DNA of 64,000 nucleotides from Octopus vulgaris (Eukaryota), in contig OX597828.1 in NCBI GenBank assembly GCA_951406725.2, positions 16,554,001 to 16,618,000 on the forward strand, given 5' to 3'. Within the stretch, counting starts at the first letter, position 1, and each line of letters begins with the position of its first letter. The notes below the pieces were generated by a model. The model did no database searches. It had not been told where the DNA came from and saw nothing but the letters and a program-made list of their open reading frames with translations. Positions 31,520 to 43,799 of the stretch are shown piece by piece. The position numbers were made by a program, and so were the translations under genes.

Positions 31520-31950
31520 TTCTTTTCTACTCTAGTTACAAGACCGGAAAATTTGGGGGAGTAGTCCAGTCGATTAGATCGACCCCATTATGCAACAGGT
31601 ACTTAATTTATCGACTCCGAAAGGATGAAAGGCAAAGTCAACCGCGGCGGAATTTGAACTGAAAACATAAAGACAGACGAAATATAGACAAGCATTTCGC
31701 CCGTCGTGCTAACGTTACTTATTTGTTTATTGTCCACAAGGGGCTAAACACAGAGGGGATAAACAAGGACAAAGGGATTAAGTCGATTACATCGACCCCA
31801 GTGCGTAACTGGTACTTATTTAATCGACCTCGAAAGGATGAAAGGCAAAGTCGACCTCGGCGTAATTTGAACTCAAAACATAAAGACAGACGAAATACTG
31901 TTAAGCATTTCGCCCAGCGTGCTAACGTTTCTACTAGCTCGCCGCCTTAG
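31520..31950 (-). mobile_element. Two adjacent family B SINEs
   Basis: The same core occurs at about 31568-31716 and 31780-31950, with different tails. Confidence 0.85.
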
Positions 31951-32371
31951 ATAAGAGTTATAGGGAATAGCGTAAATTGAGATTATCCTTCAATAAAAAC
32001 GGATGGTCACGGTTAGAATTCTGATAATTCCAGTGACTACATGTATGATTCTTCATTATATCATTCGCGTGGTTTATTCTTTCTGTACTTTGAATTTAAT
32101 ATGTGGTGGCAACTTTAACTTTCTCTCTTTTTCCCTCCTACATTCAGCTACCCACTGCTACACTGTTGATAAAGCTGGAGTATCATTCCCTAATGTAGCA
32201 ACCATATCAGCATGAATGCCCCTGGCAACTAAGCCCTTTTTTTTTGCAGGTACTCGATAACAGGACGATGCCAAAGTTTATCCATTTTCAAGTGAAATCA
32301 CTACTAATAACCCTTGAGGTCTTTGAACAATCAAATGTCAATTTACCTGGAAGAAATAAATTAAAAAAATA

Positions 32372-32882
32372 AAAATAAATGCACCCTTTTTAAAGCCTAG
32401 CCAGGCTTATGGGCCTGGTTTCCCGGTTTCTATGGCGTATGTATTCCCCAGCTTGACGGGACATCAGTCCATCGCAGCGTTACTCATTTTTGCCAGCTGA
32501 GTGGACTGGAGAAACGCGAAATGAAGTGTTTTGCTCAAGAACTCAACGCGTCGCCCGGTCTAGAAATAGAAACCACAATCTTACGATCATAGTTCTGACA
32601 CCCTAACCACCATGCCAAGCGCCTCTACAAATAAATGCGCCCTTTTAAAGCCTAACCAGGCTCATGGGCTCGGTTTTCCCGGTTTCAAATGCGTATGCGT
32701 TCCCCAGCTGGAAGGGACGCCAATCCATCGCAGCGTTACTCATTTTTGCCAGCTGAGTGGACTGGAGCAACGTGAAATGAAGTGCTTTACTCAAGAACAC
32801 AATGCATCGCTCGGTCCAGGAATCGAAACCACAATCTTACGACCATGATGCTGACACTGTAACCACTAAGCTACGCGCCTCC
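32372..32882 (-). mobile_element. Head-to-tail pair of family C SINEs
   Basis: Two copies of about 255 bp (32372-32626, 32629-32882), each with a tRNA-like head and T-rich tail. Confidence 0.9.
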
Positions 32883-33396
32883 AGTGGAAGAAAAACATGC
32901 AGATATTAAAAAGAAGTGTTAAATTAAATGGATGCAAGCTTTCACAGCTCTACACTCACTCGTTCATAGTCAGCCTAAGAACATTTCAGCCCACTTTCGT
33001 CAACCGATGATTATACATATGTAGAATTTATACTTATCCACCGCAGGAGGATCAAAGGAAAAGTCGAACCCACACCAGGATTTGAACGCATACCGTCAAG
33101 GGACGAATCGAAATGCTACAAGGCATTTCATACGGTATTCAACTGATTGTTTCAAGCACTGTAAAAACAGCAAACTATAAAAGAATCTCTTGAATTCACG
33201 TAAGACTATATTAGATTATTTAGTCAGACTGTTTGAAGTGTAACTATAATTCAGCTTTTGCAGTGAAGTCTTGCTTGAAAAATTAAGCCAGACGTGTTGG
33301 TGTGAATAACATATCTGGAAGTCATATATTGTCTCTACCTTTCTCTCTCATCACCTCGTCTTTCTTTCTCTCTACGTCAGTATGCATGTAAGTGTG

Positions 33397-33442
<46 letters not shown>

Positions 33443-33460
33443 AGTATATATATACATACT

Positions 33461-33492
<32 letters not shown>

Positions 33493-33536
33493 TAATATAT
33501 ATATATATATAATGATATATATATACATATATATAC

Positions 33537-33583
<47 letters not shown>

Positions 33584-33596
33584 CATATATATATAC

Positions 33597-33677
<81 letters not shown>

Positions 33678-33760
33678 TATATACACGTAAATCTCGAACA
33701 ATGGCAACGAGTGCTCAACACTGCATTGGTGGATAAATTTCTTTATATATGTATTAAAGT

Positions 33761-33810
33761 TATCATTGGTTTCAAGTTAAGAAAATTTTCTTAACATGAA
33801 ACCAATGGTA
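33761..33810. repeat. 50-bp spacerless palindrome with hammerhead 3' half
   Basis: tatcattggtttcaagttaagaaaa|ttttcttaacatgaaaccaatggta, 2 mismatches; the right arm carries GAAAC-CAATG-GTA. Confidence 0.9.
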
Positions 33811-33831
33811 GGCTTACTACATAAATAATAG

Positions 33832-33907
<76 letters not shown>

Positions 33908-34095
33908 CAGTAGTCCTTCGCCTTATCGAGGTTTATTATTTGACCTTACACCGATTCCTCCGTGGTGTTCTTTTGCAGTTATGATAAAGTAAATATATAC
34001 AAATTATAAAAATAATTAAAAAAATATACAGTACAGTACTGTTTCTACTTCGCGGATTTTGTAACGTAACACCCGCGATAGTCGAGGGATTACTG
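33908..34095. mobile_element. Tigger/pogo-like MITE
   Basis: Imperfect TIRs cagtagtccttcgccttatcgagg / cagtaatccctcgactatcgcgg, flanked by TA. Confidence 0.85.
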
Positions 34096-34292
34096 TATAT
34101 ATATATTTCTGTGTGTGTGTATGTCTGTGTGTGTGTGTGTCTGTGTGTGTGTATGTGTGTGTGTGTGTATAGGAAAATGTGGCACAATATGGCACCAATG
34201 TTTGCTGGAAATAGCAGTCGATAACCGTAGGACGCTATGTAAAGCTTTACAGGCAAATATATGCATCTATCTATCTATCTATCTATCTATCG

Positions 34293-34343
<51 letters not shown>

Positions 34344-34642
34344 GTTCTATCATATTATGTATGTTTAAATTACCTTAACAATGATTTAAGAAGAATAACT
34401 CAGTCATCAGTGGATGTATTTGAACAACAAAGTTCAAGCACATGTATATCAGATACCATACAACATAAATTCTTGGTTTGGCTTCTACGGTAAGAAGTTT
34501 GCCAATCCACATGGTTTCCGGTCCGGTCCGGTCCGACTGAACGGCACGTTGTGTAAATGCCCTCTACACTAGCGTCGGACCTATCAAAGACTTGTCAGCG
34601 GATTTAGTAGTCAAAACCTGATAAAAGCATCCATTGTACACA

Positions 34643-34693
<51 letters not shown>

Positions 34694-34828
34694 ATATATA
34701 TATATATTTGGTTGAATCTTCTTTGTGTTAACAAACACACATACACACACATCTATATATAAAAGAAAAAGAAAATGGAGAGTGAGAAGTTAATAGTTGT
34801 TTATTATTAACAGCGAATTATTCCTCAG

Positions 34829-34901
34829 CCCTTACAGCTGTTTCAATTAATACTCAGTAGATATTAAATTTATATGACCTGGACATAATATCTTCAGAGG
34901 G
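34829..34901 (-). ncRNA. Type I hammerhead motif with long stem II
   Basis: Minus strand CCCT-CTGAAGA-[46 nt]-GAAAC-AGCT-GTA-AGGG; palindromic stem III ACAGCTGT; lies in an island of about 220 bp between TA-rich tracts. Confidence 0.8.
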
Positions 34902-35623
34902 TAAAATATATTCTAGGATGTTTTACATTTGTTTATGGATTCATTATAGCAGACTGGATGGACCCAACATCCAATCGAAGTATATGTATATATATACATA
35001 TATCTAATATAATGCGAAAACTAATTTCTGTGTATCAATGTGTCAGACTTTGACCCCTCTCTCACTATTAAATGACACTCCTACAATTCCTCATGATGGG
35101 GTGAGAGTAAAAGTAGGCACAGAAACGGTAAGGGCGATGGCGAAGACAGAGAGTGAGAGAGAAAAAAAAGAGGAGAAGGAGAGAAACAGAGACAAAGAAA
35201 TTTAGGGAGAGTTGATGTTGTTTTATCAAAAGTTGTAGTGTTGATAGTGGCAGTGGGAGTTAATAATAAAAGAGAGAGAAAGAGTGGGTATATGAGAGAA
35301 AGAGGGACTGAACACTGAAGTAACATGCTGAATAACATACTGAACGAACACCCATTAAGCCTTTTTGTGATGGTAATACTGTGATAGTAATAGTTTGAGC
35401 TGTAGTTATGATAGAAGTGGAGGCGGCGGTGATGATGATGGTAGTGGTGTTCAGGGATGACGGCGAGAGTAATCGATGTGAAAGACAGTGGCTATGGTGG
35501 TGGAGGGGAAGGCGGCGAAATCAAAGGTATTGATGGTGGTGCCGTCAGAGGTCTGAATGGTGTGCGTATGGCAGTTTTTGGTGGCGATGGTGGTACTGGT
35601 GATGGTAATAGTTGTAAACAATC

Positions 35624-35711
<88 letters not shown>

Positions 35712-35723
35712 AAGAAAGAAAGC

Positions 35724-35755
<32 letters not shown>

Positions 35756-35996
35756 GGTTAGATAGAAAAAAATTGTACTGACCCCCGAATGGGAAGACAA
35801 AAAATGTTTTTCATGCAGCTTTGGAATAAGTTCGAAGTCGACGAATTATATCATTGTTTTGACCAAAATTGTTCCTTACTTGAAAAATATTGTTCGAGTT
35901 TTAAAGATTTAAAATGTATTCAATGCATGAAATATCATTGTTTGGCCCAAAGCCCAATGAAGAGCCCTCCACAGTAGGTGGCTTCAAAGCTAGTAA

Positions 35997-36027
<31 letters not shown>

Positions 36028-36162
36028 ATCACAATTTAGGTAAGTTGAAATATGTTTGTCACATATTACAACTGCTAAAGGCAAATAAACTGCAGTTGCA
36101 GCGGAGAAAAAAGAAATTCTTTTATGGTAAAAAGGCGGCGTGTTTTCACACCTTTTTACCAT

Positions 36163-36762
36163 AATGGTTTGATCGTGATGAGTCCCTCAAACATTTCCCA
36201 AAGCTAAAGTTGCATCAGCAAAAGATTATGGTGACTGTCTAGTTGTCTGCAATTGGTGTTGTCCATTACAGCTTTCTGGAAGCCAATCAGAGCATTACAA
36301 CAGAGGTTTACTGCAATCAACTCGCTGAAATGCCTGCTCACTTGCAAAAAATGAGACCTTCATTGGTGAATTGGTGTGACTCAATTCTGCTCCACGGTAA
36401 TGCAAAGCCACATGTTGCAAGAATGACACTGAAGAAACTCACAAACTTAGGATACAACACTTTACCACATCCTCCATGTTCTGATCTTTCACCCACTGAT
36501 TACCATTTATAAGCATTTAAACACGTTTTTAAGTGATAAAACTTTCAGGTCCAAACCAGAGGTGGAATTGGCTTTCAAAGATTTCTTAGCATCAAAGCCA
36601 ATAATTTTTTATCAACGCGGCATAAATAATCTCGTTGATCGATGGCAGAGATGCATAGATGGTCATGGCTCATACTTTGCCTAATCAAAAAATTCCTATT
36701 TTAAATTTTTCCAGAATAAAATTATGTTTCTGAAATCGTCCATTATTTTCGGAACAACCTAA
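36163..36762 (+). mobile_element. 5'-truncated mariner (Hsmar1/cecropia-like) with pseudogenised transposase
   Basis: KHFPKLKLHQQKIMVTV*..LLHGNAKPHVA..LPHPPCSDLSPTDYHL..RWQRCIDGHGSYFA* (stop at 36684) and a right TIR ending ggaacaacctaa. Confidence 0.93.
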
Positions 36763-37209
36763 GAGATCTCTCATAGTTCTTCTTATTTCCAGTTAACACA
36801 CGAAGAAAGATCAGCAAATGAACAACGATAAAAGGAAAGGAAAGAAAAGAAAAATATTTCATACAGGCTTACAATAATCCTTACTATTATAAGCAAAAGG
36901 CCCGAAAGTTGTGGGGCGGATGTTTATAGATTACGTAGGCTCCAGAACATAACAGGTACTTATTGACTCAATGACAACGACTAGCAAAAGAAAAAACATC
37001 GCCATTTCTAAATATGGCTGAATTGGTAGAGGGACGGATAAAATGTTATTTGCTTTTTGAGATCAAATAGGTCGAAGTCATCTGTGAATAAAACCGTCCA
37101 AATCGGTGCTGTAGCGTGGCCGCAGACGAATGTCAGAAATAACGAAAAGATGGGTCAGCTAAATATAGTATAGATCAGCTCGGAGCATGGTCCCCCACGA
37201 CCTAGCCCT

Positions 37210-37490
37210 CTGTCAGTTTCGACAACAAGTGATCCTCTTGATGCGACCAATGGGCTAGCCTGCTTTTGAAATTAATGTGCAAGTGGCTGAGCACTCCACA
37301 GACACGCATACTCTGAACGTAGTTCTCAGGGTGGTTCAGCGTGGCACAGAATGCGACAAGGCTGGCCCTTTGAAATAAAAGTACATCTCGTTTTTGCCAG
37401 TTGTTTGGACTGGAGCTACCTGAAAGTAAGTGTCTCGCTCAAGGACACAATACGTCGCCGGGATTTAAATTCACGACCTCTACGCTATAC
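37210..37490 (-). mobile_element. Family C-related SINE, third tail type
   Basis: tttttgccag..tggactggagc..gctcaaggacacaa head region; tail related to 57342-57615 and about 62703-62850. Confidence 0.75.
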
Positions 37491-38574
37491 TCTACCGCTA
37501 TACCCTAACCTCTACGCTATACTCCATAAAACGCGGAAAAGTGGCCAAATCGTTGGAGCATCTGATAGATAACCTTGCAGTCGTTTTCATGCTCTTCTTT
37601 CCACATTCAAATAACTCCGAGCTCAAATTTCTCCTTCGTCCATTCGTGAAATCGATAAGTATCTATCTTAGGCTGAAGTCGTTCCATCTCTCTCCTCTCA
37701 CCTTTCTCTCTCTCGTTCTCTCTGTCTCTCTCTCTCCTGGAATAAATCAGCTGCCGTCATAGCAGGACCGGTATGATCTCCGCCTGGTTAAAAATGTTAT
37801 GACACGCCATAAGTGACTACAGAGTTCCTTTGACTTCCACATGAGTTAAAGACACACCACCACCACCTCCACCAAAGTTAGTCTTATATTATAGCTCGTA
37901 TAAAATATAGTATAATTTAACATGTGAAATAGTTTAGGTTAAATATAGTATAGTTAATCTTAGTACAGTACAGTCGAACTGAAATATAGTACGAGACATG
38001 TAGTCTCGTTTATCTTCGGTTCATTCACCATTGATCCGATATAACGCATTACGTTCAATTTTGAACCATGTTACGCTTATCACGGATTGGACTGTGATAA
38101 CATGGAACGGTGGTCAGACAAAGATTCTCCTCGTACCATAAAAAATTGTCCCAGCGACCACCCACAATGCTCTACTACCCAGAATGCACTGACTATCACT
38201 TAAAATTCCATGACCGTGCCGCGAGGCTGCGTAAATTTCATACGTATTTACGCGCCCGTAATCATCCACGTGGAACAAGTGAAAACAAAATAATATGATG
38301 GCGCCTGATCCTAATAGACAAGGCAGATCATTAGATTCTGTACAGGAAACAGTAGAACTGGTCAAGAGAATACGTAACGGTGGAGCTCTGCTGCTGTGAG
38401 CTGCGTGTTTCGTACTAATAAAATCTATCGTCCGTTCTATTTACAAAGTACGCGTAGATGGTTAATTTATCACTGATTTATTTATCACTCTGTATTTTTA
38501 CGGAACCAAACACACCGTGATGAACGAAGACAGATGTATAGCTTAACTGAACTTAAATATGTCGTATACCCAGA

Positions 38575-38910
38575 GGTGGCCATATTGAAAGAAACATTAG
38601 GGAAGACGCGGTTGAAAGGGATTTTGACGTGTAGCTTCGTATCTGGCCAGGGGTTGGTCAACTTTTTTAGTTACCACTTCACCAGTAAGATCAGGCTGGA
38701 GAAGAGGTACCTGTCACGTGAAAAATTCAGAAAAAGATGGAAGCTTGTGGAGAGAAAGCTGGGAGTAACTGGCCCCAAGTGAGCGGAGCCTTTTATCACC
38801 TGTATGATAATCATTGTTAATTTTTAACCCTTTAAACTTCAGCCTTTTTATGTTTGTCTGTCCTTGTCCGTTCCCTCTATGTATTGCCTTATGGCAAATA
38901 TTTGGAAATA
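38575..38910 (+). mobile_element. 5'-truncated LINE, probably Tx1/L1-like
   Basis: ORF end VAILKE..TRLKG..GLVNFFSYH..IRLEK..FRKRW, T-rich 3' UTR, 16-bp TSD atgt(c/t)gtatacccaga at 38559-38574 and 38911-38926. Confidence 0.65.
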
Positions 38911-38997
38911 ATGTTGTATACCCAGATATTAGTATAGTACAGATGAACTTAAATGTCGTATAGTTTAGCTTATAGTATGTTCAGCTTAAATGTAGTA

Positions 38998-39289
38998 TTG
39001 TTTGTTCCTTCTTGAGCCACGCCGGGCTCATTAGGGTCGGTTTCCCGGTTTCCTTGGCGTATAGGTTCCCCACCTGGACAGGACGCCGGTCCGTCGCAGG
39101 TGAGCTGCAGGAGGAAAGAGTGAGAGAAAGTTCTGGCGAAAGAGTCAGCAGAAGTTTCGCCATTACCTTCTGCCGGAGCCGCGTGAAGCTTAGGTGTTTC
39201 GCTCATAAACACACACATCGCCAGAGATTCGAACCAGCGATCCCTCGACCGCGAGTCCGCTGCTCTAACTACTAGGCCATGTGCCTCCA
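38998..39289 (-). mobile_element. Full-length tRNA-derived SINE (family D) with TSD
   Basis: Head ggaggcacatggcctagtagttagagc..ggttcgaatc; tail shared with family C; TSD cttaaatgta(g/a)ta at 38985-38997 and 39290-39302. Confidence 0.9.
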
Positions 39290-39699
39290 CTTAAATGTAA
39301 TACAGATAAGCTTAAATATAGAATAGTTCAATAGAATGTTCCCTGAAATGTGGGCAGACATGTTGGTGCAAATATAAGTGAAGATGTATAGACAATGTCA
39401 CCTCGCTGGTTGATATTGTTAACATCAATATATAAGAAGCGAGGAGATAACTTAGATAAGGTGGATGGGTGTGTATGTGTGTGATGTATATGTATGTGCA
39501 TGTGTGTAGGTCTTTCCTTGTGCGTGTTTGTGTGTGCGTGTGTGTGTGTGCAATAGTGTGCAATGTGTATGTGTGGGTGCGTGAGATGACTGTTGGTGAT
39601 GAAATATAGAGAAGTGGGAGAGGTGTGGAAGAGAGAGTGAGGTAATAGCAGAAAGGAGAGAGGAGGTCAGAGAATGAGAGAGGGAGAGAGAGGTGGAGG

Positions 39700-39784
39700 G
39701 AGAATGAAAGATACCGTTAGAAGAGAGGTCGATAGGAATTGAGGGAGGAAGGAAGCAATTGAGATGAGAGGTCATCTTGAATAC

Positions 39785-39842
<58 letters not shown>

Positions 39843-40153
39843 GAGAGAGAGAAATGAACGCGTTGTAAAGGATACAGAGAAAATAGGATTAATTTGCAGA
39901 AATATGATGGGAGAGAAACGGTAAGTGAGAAGGTTAGAAAGAATATTGAAGGAAAGAAAGAGAGAAAGGGAAGAGAAAGAACGACAGAAGGAGAGGTGGA
40001 GAAAGGGAGAGACAGAGGAGACAGAGCGTGAGAGAGAGAGTGAGGGAAGGAGGGAAGAGAGAAGGGTTTAGAATGAAAGATACTCTTAAAAGAGAGGGAG
40101 ATAGGAAGAGACGAATGAAGGAACCAATTTAGATGAGAGTTCATCTTGAATGC

Positions 40154-40242
<89 letters not shown>

Positions 40243-40393
40243 AAAGAAAGAGAGGGTGGAGGGAGTAAGATGGACTCAATATAAAGGATATAGAGTAAGT
40301 AGGAATGATATGTAGAGAAATGACGGGAGGAAACAGTAAGTAATAAGGTTAGACAGAATATTGATGACAAAGAAAAGAGAAAAAGAACAGAAA

Positions 40394-40395
<2 letters not shown>
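39700..40395. repeat. Diverged tandem duplication of a purine-rich unit of about 370-400 bp
   Basis: agaatgaaagatac..gataggaa..agatgagag.tcatcttgaat-(AG)n-..aaggttaga.agaatattga occurs twice. Confidence 0.85.
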
Positions 40396-40432
<37 letters not shown>

Positions 40433-40659
40433 AGCGAGAGAGGGGGTGAGGTGTTGACAGAAAGAGGAAAAGCAATGGGAATGAAGAGACAAAAAAGTAA
40501 CCAAACTGATGTATAAATATTTTGACAGGAAATAAATAAAAAATGTGATTATAACGGTTTAGCTGTGTATTTTGCATGGCTAATATGACAGTATTGCAGT
40601 ATAATTGATAGAAATTATAGATAGGTTTGTATATGTATGTATATAAGTATGTATGTATG

Positions 40660-40714
<55 letters not shown>

Positions 40715-40827
40715 GTGTGTGCGTGTGTGTATGTGTATCTGTGAGTGTATATCTGTGTGATTGTACATTACATATATATATATATATGTATATATACATG
40801 CATATACAAATACATACAAACACACAA

Positions 40828-40863
<36 letters not shown>

Positions 40864-40874
40864 GTATATACGTA

Positions 40875-40929
<55 letters not shown>

Positions 40930-40993
40930 GTATACATATATATATATATGTGTGTATATATATATATGTGTATATATATATATACATATATAT

Positions 40994-41185
40994 AGGGAGA
41001 ATTCACAAAAAAAAAAACAAAAGACGAAGACAGATGATGTAGACAACAAACAGATCTATTAGTATAACGCTCGGGAAGTGTAAAAGTCTTTAATGTTTCG
41101 AGCCTACGCTCTTCCACAGAAAGGAACACAGAAGGAAATAAGGAGAGAAAATAAAGAATGTGTAATGGCTAGCGACCTAGGTAAC
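40994..41185 (-). mobile_element. Short Penelope-type repeat with variant hammerhead (41087-41124)
   Basis: Minus strand CTTT-CTGTGGA-A-GAGC(gtag)GCTC-GAAAC-ATT-AAAG; abuts (TA)n; homologous to the copies at 42135 and 56787. Confidence 0.7.
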
Positions 41186-41870
41186 ATACAGTATACATAC
41201 ATGCATACAGACATCACAGCCTTTAGGGAGAGACGTAAAAGAATAAAATACTACATACATACATACAGATACGTCCGTCTAAAAACAGATAAGTATCATA
41301 ACCAAGTGAGTATGAATAGTTAACTAGTATGATAGTTTGGCTGAATGTTTTAGACGCATGTGTAGTCGTGAACAGTCTTAATCACCTTCTGGGCCCGCCT
41401 ATCTTTTACCAAGTGGAACATATTCCAGCGGGAAAGAAAGATGGCTGTATCAACGCTGGTAATTAATTTCAGCTGCGAGGACTTGAACGAAATTATGTGC
41501 TTTTACCATGGATGCAATGCATCGCTCGAACTTGGGATCGATCCTCTGAAGTATAGTTCGAAAATCCGACACACAATAGATACTACCAATTATTCCATTA
41601 AAAATTCGGTAAACACTTTTTACTCGAGAGCTTTTAATTTTAACTAGTTTCTTGCGTCCTTTAGGATGTAGAGAAGAAAAGAATCACATAGACAAACCAT
41701 TAAAAAATCGTGAAATTGTAACATCAAATATAAAATAGTTGTCCACTTTACAGTAGGTGCTTGCTTAAAGACAAATTATTAGCATATAGTTAGCGTCAAA
41801 TCTTCTTCAGGGGCTGAGGTAGGTTTGACAACCAATCCTAATACATACATATGAATATATTTAGACACAC

Positions 41871-41923
<53 letters not shown>

Positions 41924-41973
41924 TCAGTAAGCAGTGGGGTTGTGTTAACCGAACGTGGAGAAATGATAAGAGA

Positions 41974-42096
41974 GGAAAAAATAATAAGGCAGAATGCTAA
42001 ATTGAAAGTAATTTTTTTTTTAATGGGGGTATGGAAAATTACCCATTTTTGATAGAATTTACTTTCAATTTAGCATCCTGCCTTATTATTTTTTCC
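41974..42096. repeat. 38-bp inverted repeat in an insertion between (TA)n tracts
   Basis: 41974-42011 pairs with 42059-42096, one mismatch. Confidence 0.9.
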
Positions 42097-42099
42097 ACT

Positions 42100-42134
<35 letters not shown>

Positions 42135-42136
<2 letters not shown>

Positions 42137-42342
42137 CCATGTTGATTCGCTAGCTTCTGCACGCATTTTTTTCTCTCCTTGTTTCTCTCCGTGTTTCTTT
42201 TCTGTGTATCTTTCTGTTGAAGAGCGTAGGCTCGAAACGTTAAAGACTTGTTTTATTTATATTCCTGAGCGCCATACTAATACAATTGTTTGTTTGTATT
42301 CCACCTGCCTTCGTCTTTTGTTTATTTTCATAAAGCTTCCCG

Positions 42343-42345
<3 letters not shown>
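42135..42345 (+). mobile_element. Short Penelope-type repeat with variant hammerhead (42209-42246)
   Basis: TCTTT-CTGTTGA-A-GAGC(gtag)GCTC-GAAAC-GTT-AAAGA; (TA)n on both sides. Confidence 0.7.
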
Positions 42346-42423
<78 letters not shown>

Positions 42424-42544
42424 TATACATATACACACATATATGTGGAACCGTTTATGAAACATAAAAGAATGACTATCCCGAAATACAATATATATGT
42501 ATAAGTGTGTGTGTGTGCATGATTTTTATGAACGAACGTTGTTG

Positions 42545-42589
42545 ACAGTGACTTCGAAGTTTCCGCCAGCTAAGCCATCGTCAGACTGC
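42545..42589 (-). ncRNA. Type I hammerhead ribozyme motif
   Basis: Minus strand GCAGT-CTGACGA-tggcttagctggcg-GAAAC-TTCGAA-GTC-ACTGT; palindromic stem III ACTTCGAAGT, GUC triplet; stem II imperfect. Confidence 0.8.
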
Positions 42590-42900
42590 GATGCGTTGGA
42601 GCTAGTTTGGCCTTTATATAGTGTCTCTGTTGACTTCAAAATGCATGGGTTGGTACTTAGGTTCTTTTGGGAAAAATGTTTTGGAAAAATTATTATTGAT
42701 TCATTAAATTTGGATTTTGCTTCGAATTTTATTCTGTATGTAGACCTTTGTAAACAAACCTTTAGGTGTTTCTCTTTTGCAAGCTATGCTAAAGACAGAA
42801 TTATTGTTGCTTTTGGTATTAATAGATTTAGTCCTTTTGCTTTGTAAGTGTAAAAGTTAAAGATACAAAGTTCAATATTTAAGCCATTAGTAATTGGGTG

Positions 42901-42981
42901 TACTCTTTTACTCTTTTACTTGTTTCAATCATTTGATTGCGGTCTTGCTGGAGTACCGTCTTTTTAGTCGAGCTGGACACA

Positions 42982-43021
<40 letters not shown>

Positions 43022-43046
43022 TACACACACACACACACACACACAC

Positions 43047-43093
<47 letters not shown>

Positions 43094-43561
43094 GTCTGGG
43101 GAGAGTCATTCTCTTTTAGTGCCCTATTATTTAACACACTCCCCGGTAAAATTTCCACTTCTTTCTTTATTTTTATTTTCTAAAATTTTCGTTGCGTCTT
43201 GCAACCTTTACAATAGTCTTGACTCAATGAAAATTTTAGAAAATAAAAAAAAAGAAAGAAGTGGAAATTTTACCGGTGAGTGTGTTAAATAATAAGGCGC
43301 TAAAAGAGAATGACTCTCCCCAGACACAACAGAATATGCTTCAACACACGAACACATATGAAGAATCTTGCAAAAACGAAATCCAAAAACGAAATATACA
43401 TATATACGACGGGCTTTTTTCAGTTTCTGTCTACCAAATCCACTCACAAGGCATTGTCGGCCCGAGGCTATAGTAGAAGGCACCAAGGTGCCAAGCAGTG
43501 GGACTGAACCTGGATTCATGTGGTTGGTAAGCATGCTACTTACCACACAGCCACTCCTGCG
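42901..43561 (-). mobile_element. Family A SINE split by a fold-back insertion
   Basis: Tail 42901-42975, head half 43405-43561. Confidence 0.85.
43088..43331. repeat. About 110-bp inverted repeat, 22-nt spacer
   Basis: 43088-43198 pairs with 43221-43331 with several mismatches. Confidence 0.95.
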
Positions 43562-43799
43562 AATATTAACTTTTCTTTCACGCAAAAGAATGTAGTTAGA
43601 TCGTAAGTTTAAGCTTGTTATTTCTTTACTTGTCGTTGTTACTTGAGGTATTTCTTATTTTCATTTGTAAGGTAGGGGTAATTAATCGGGCATAACGTGA
43701 CTTGGCTTTGTCAGTATAGAAAGTATAGAAAGGCTTCCCCTGTGCCTTGATGGTCACAAAAGTATTTGATGATCACAAAAGCCTTGTCAGTGGATTTGG

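Noticed and set aside
38400-38516. Possible MITE with gtgttt-type TIRs
   Set aside because: TIR match too weak and no TSD.
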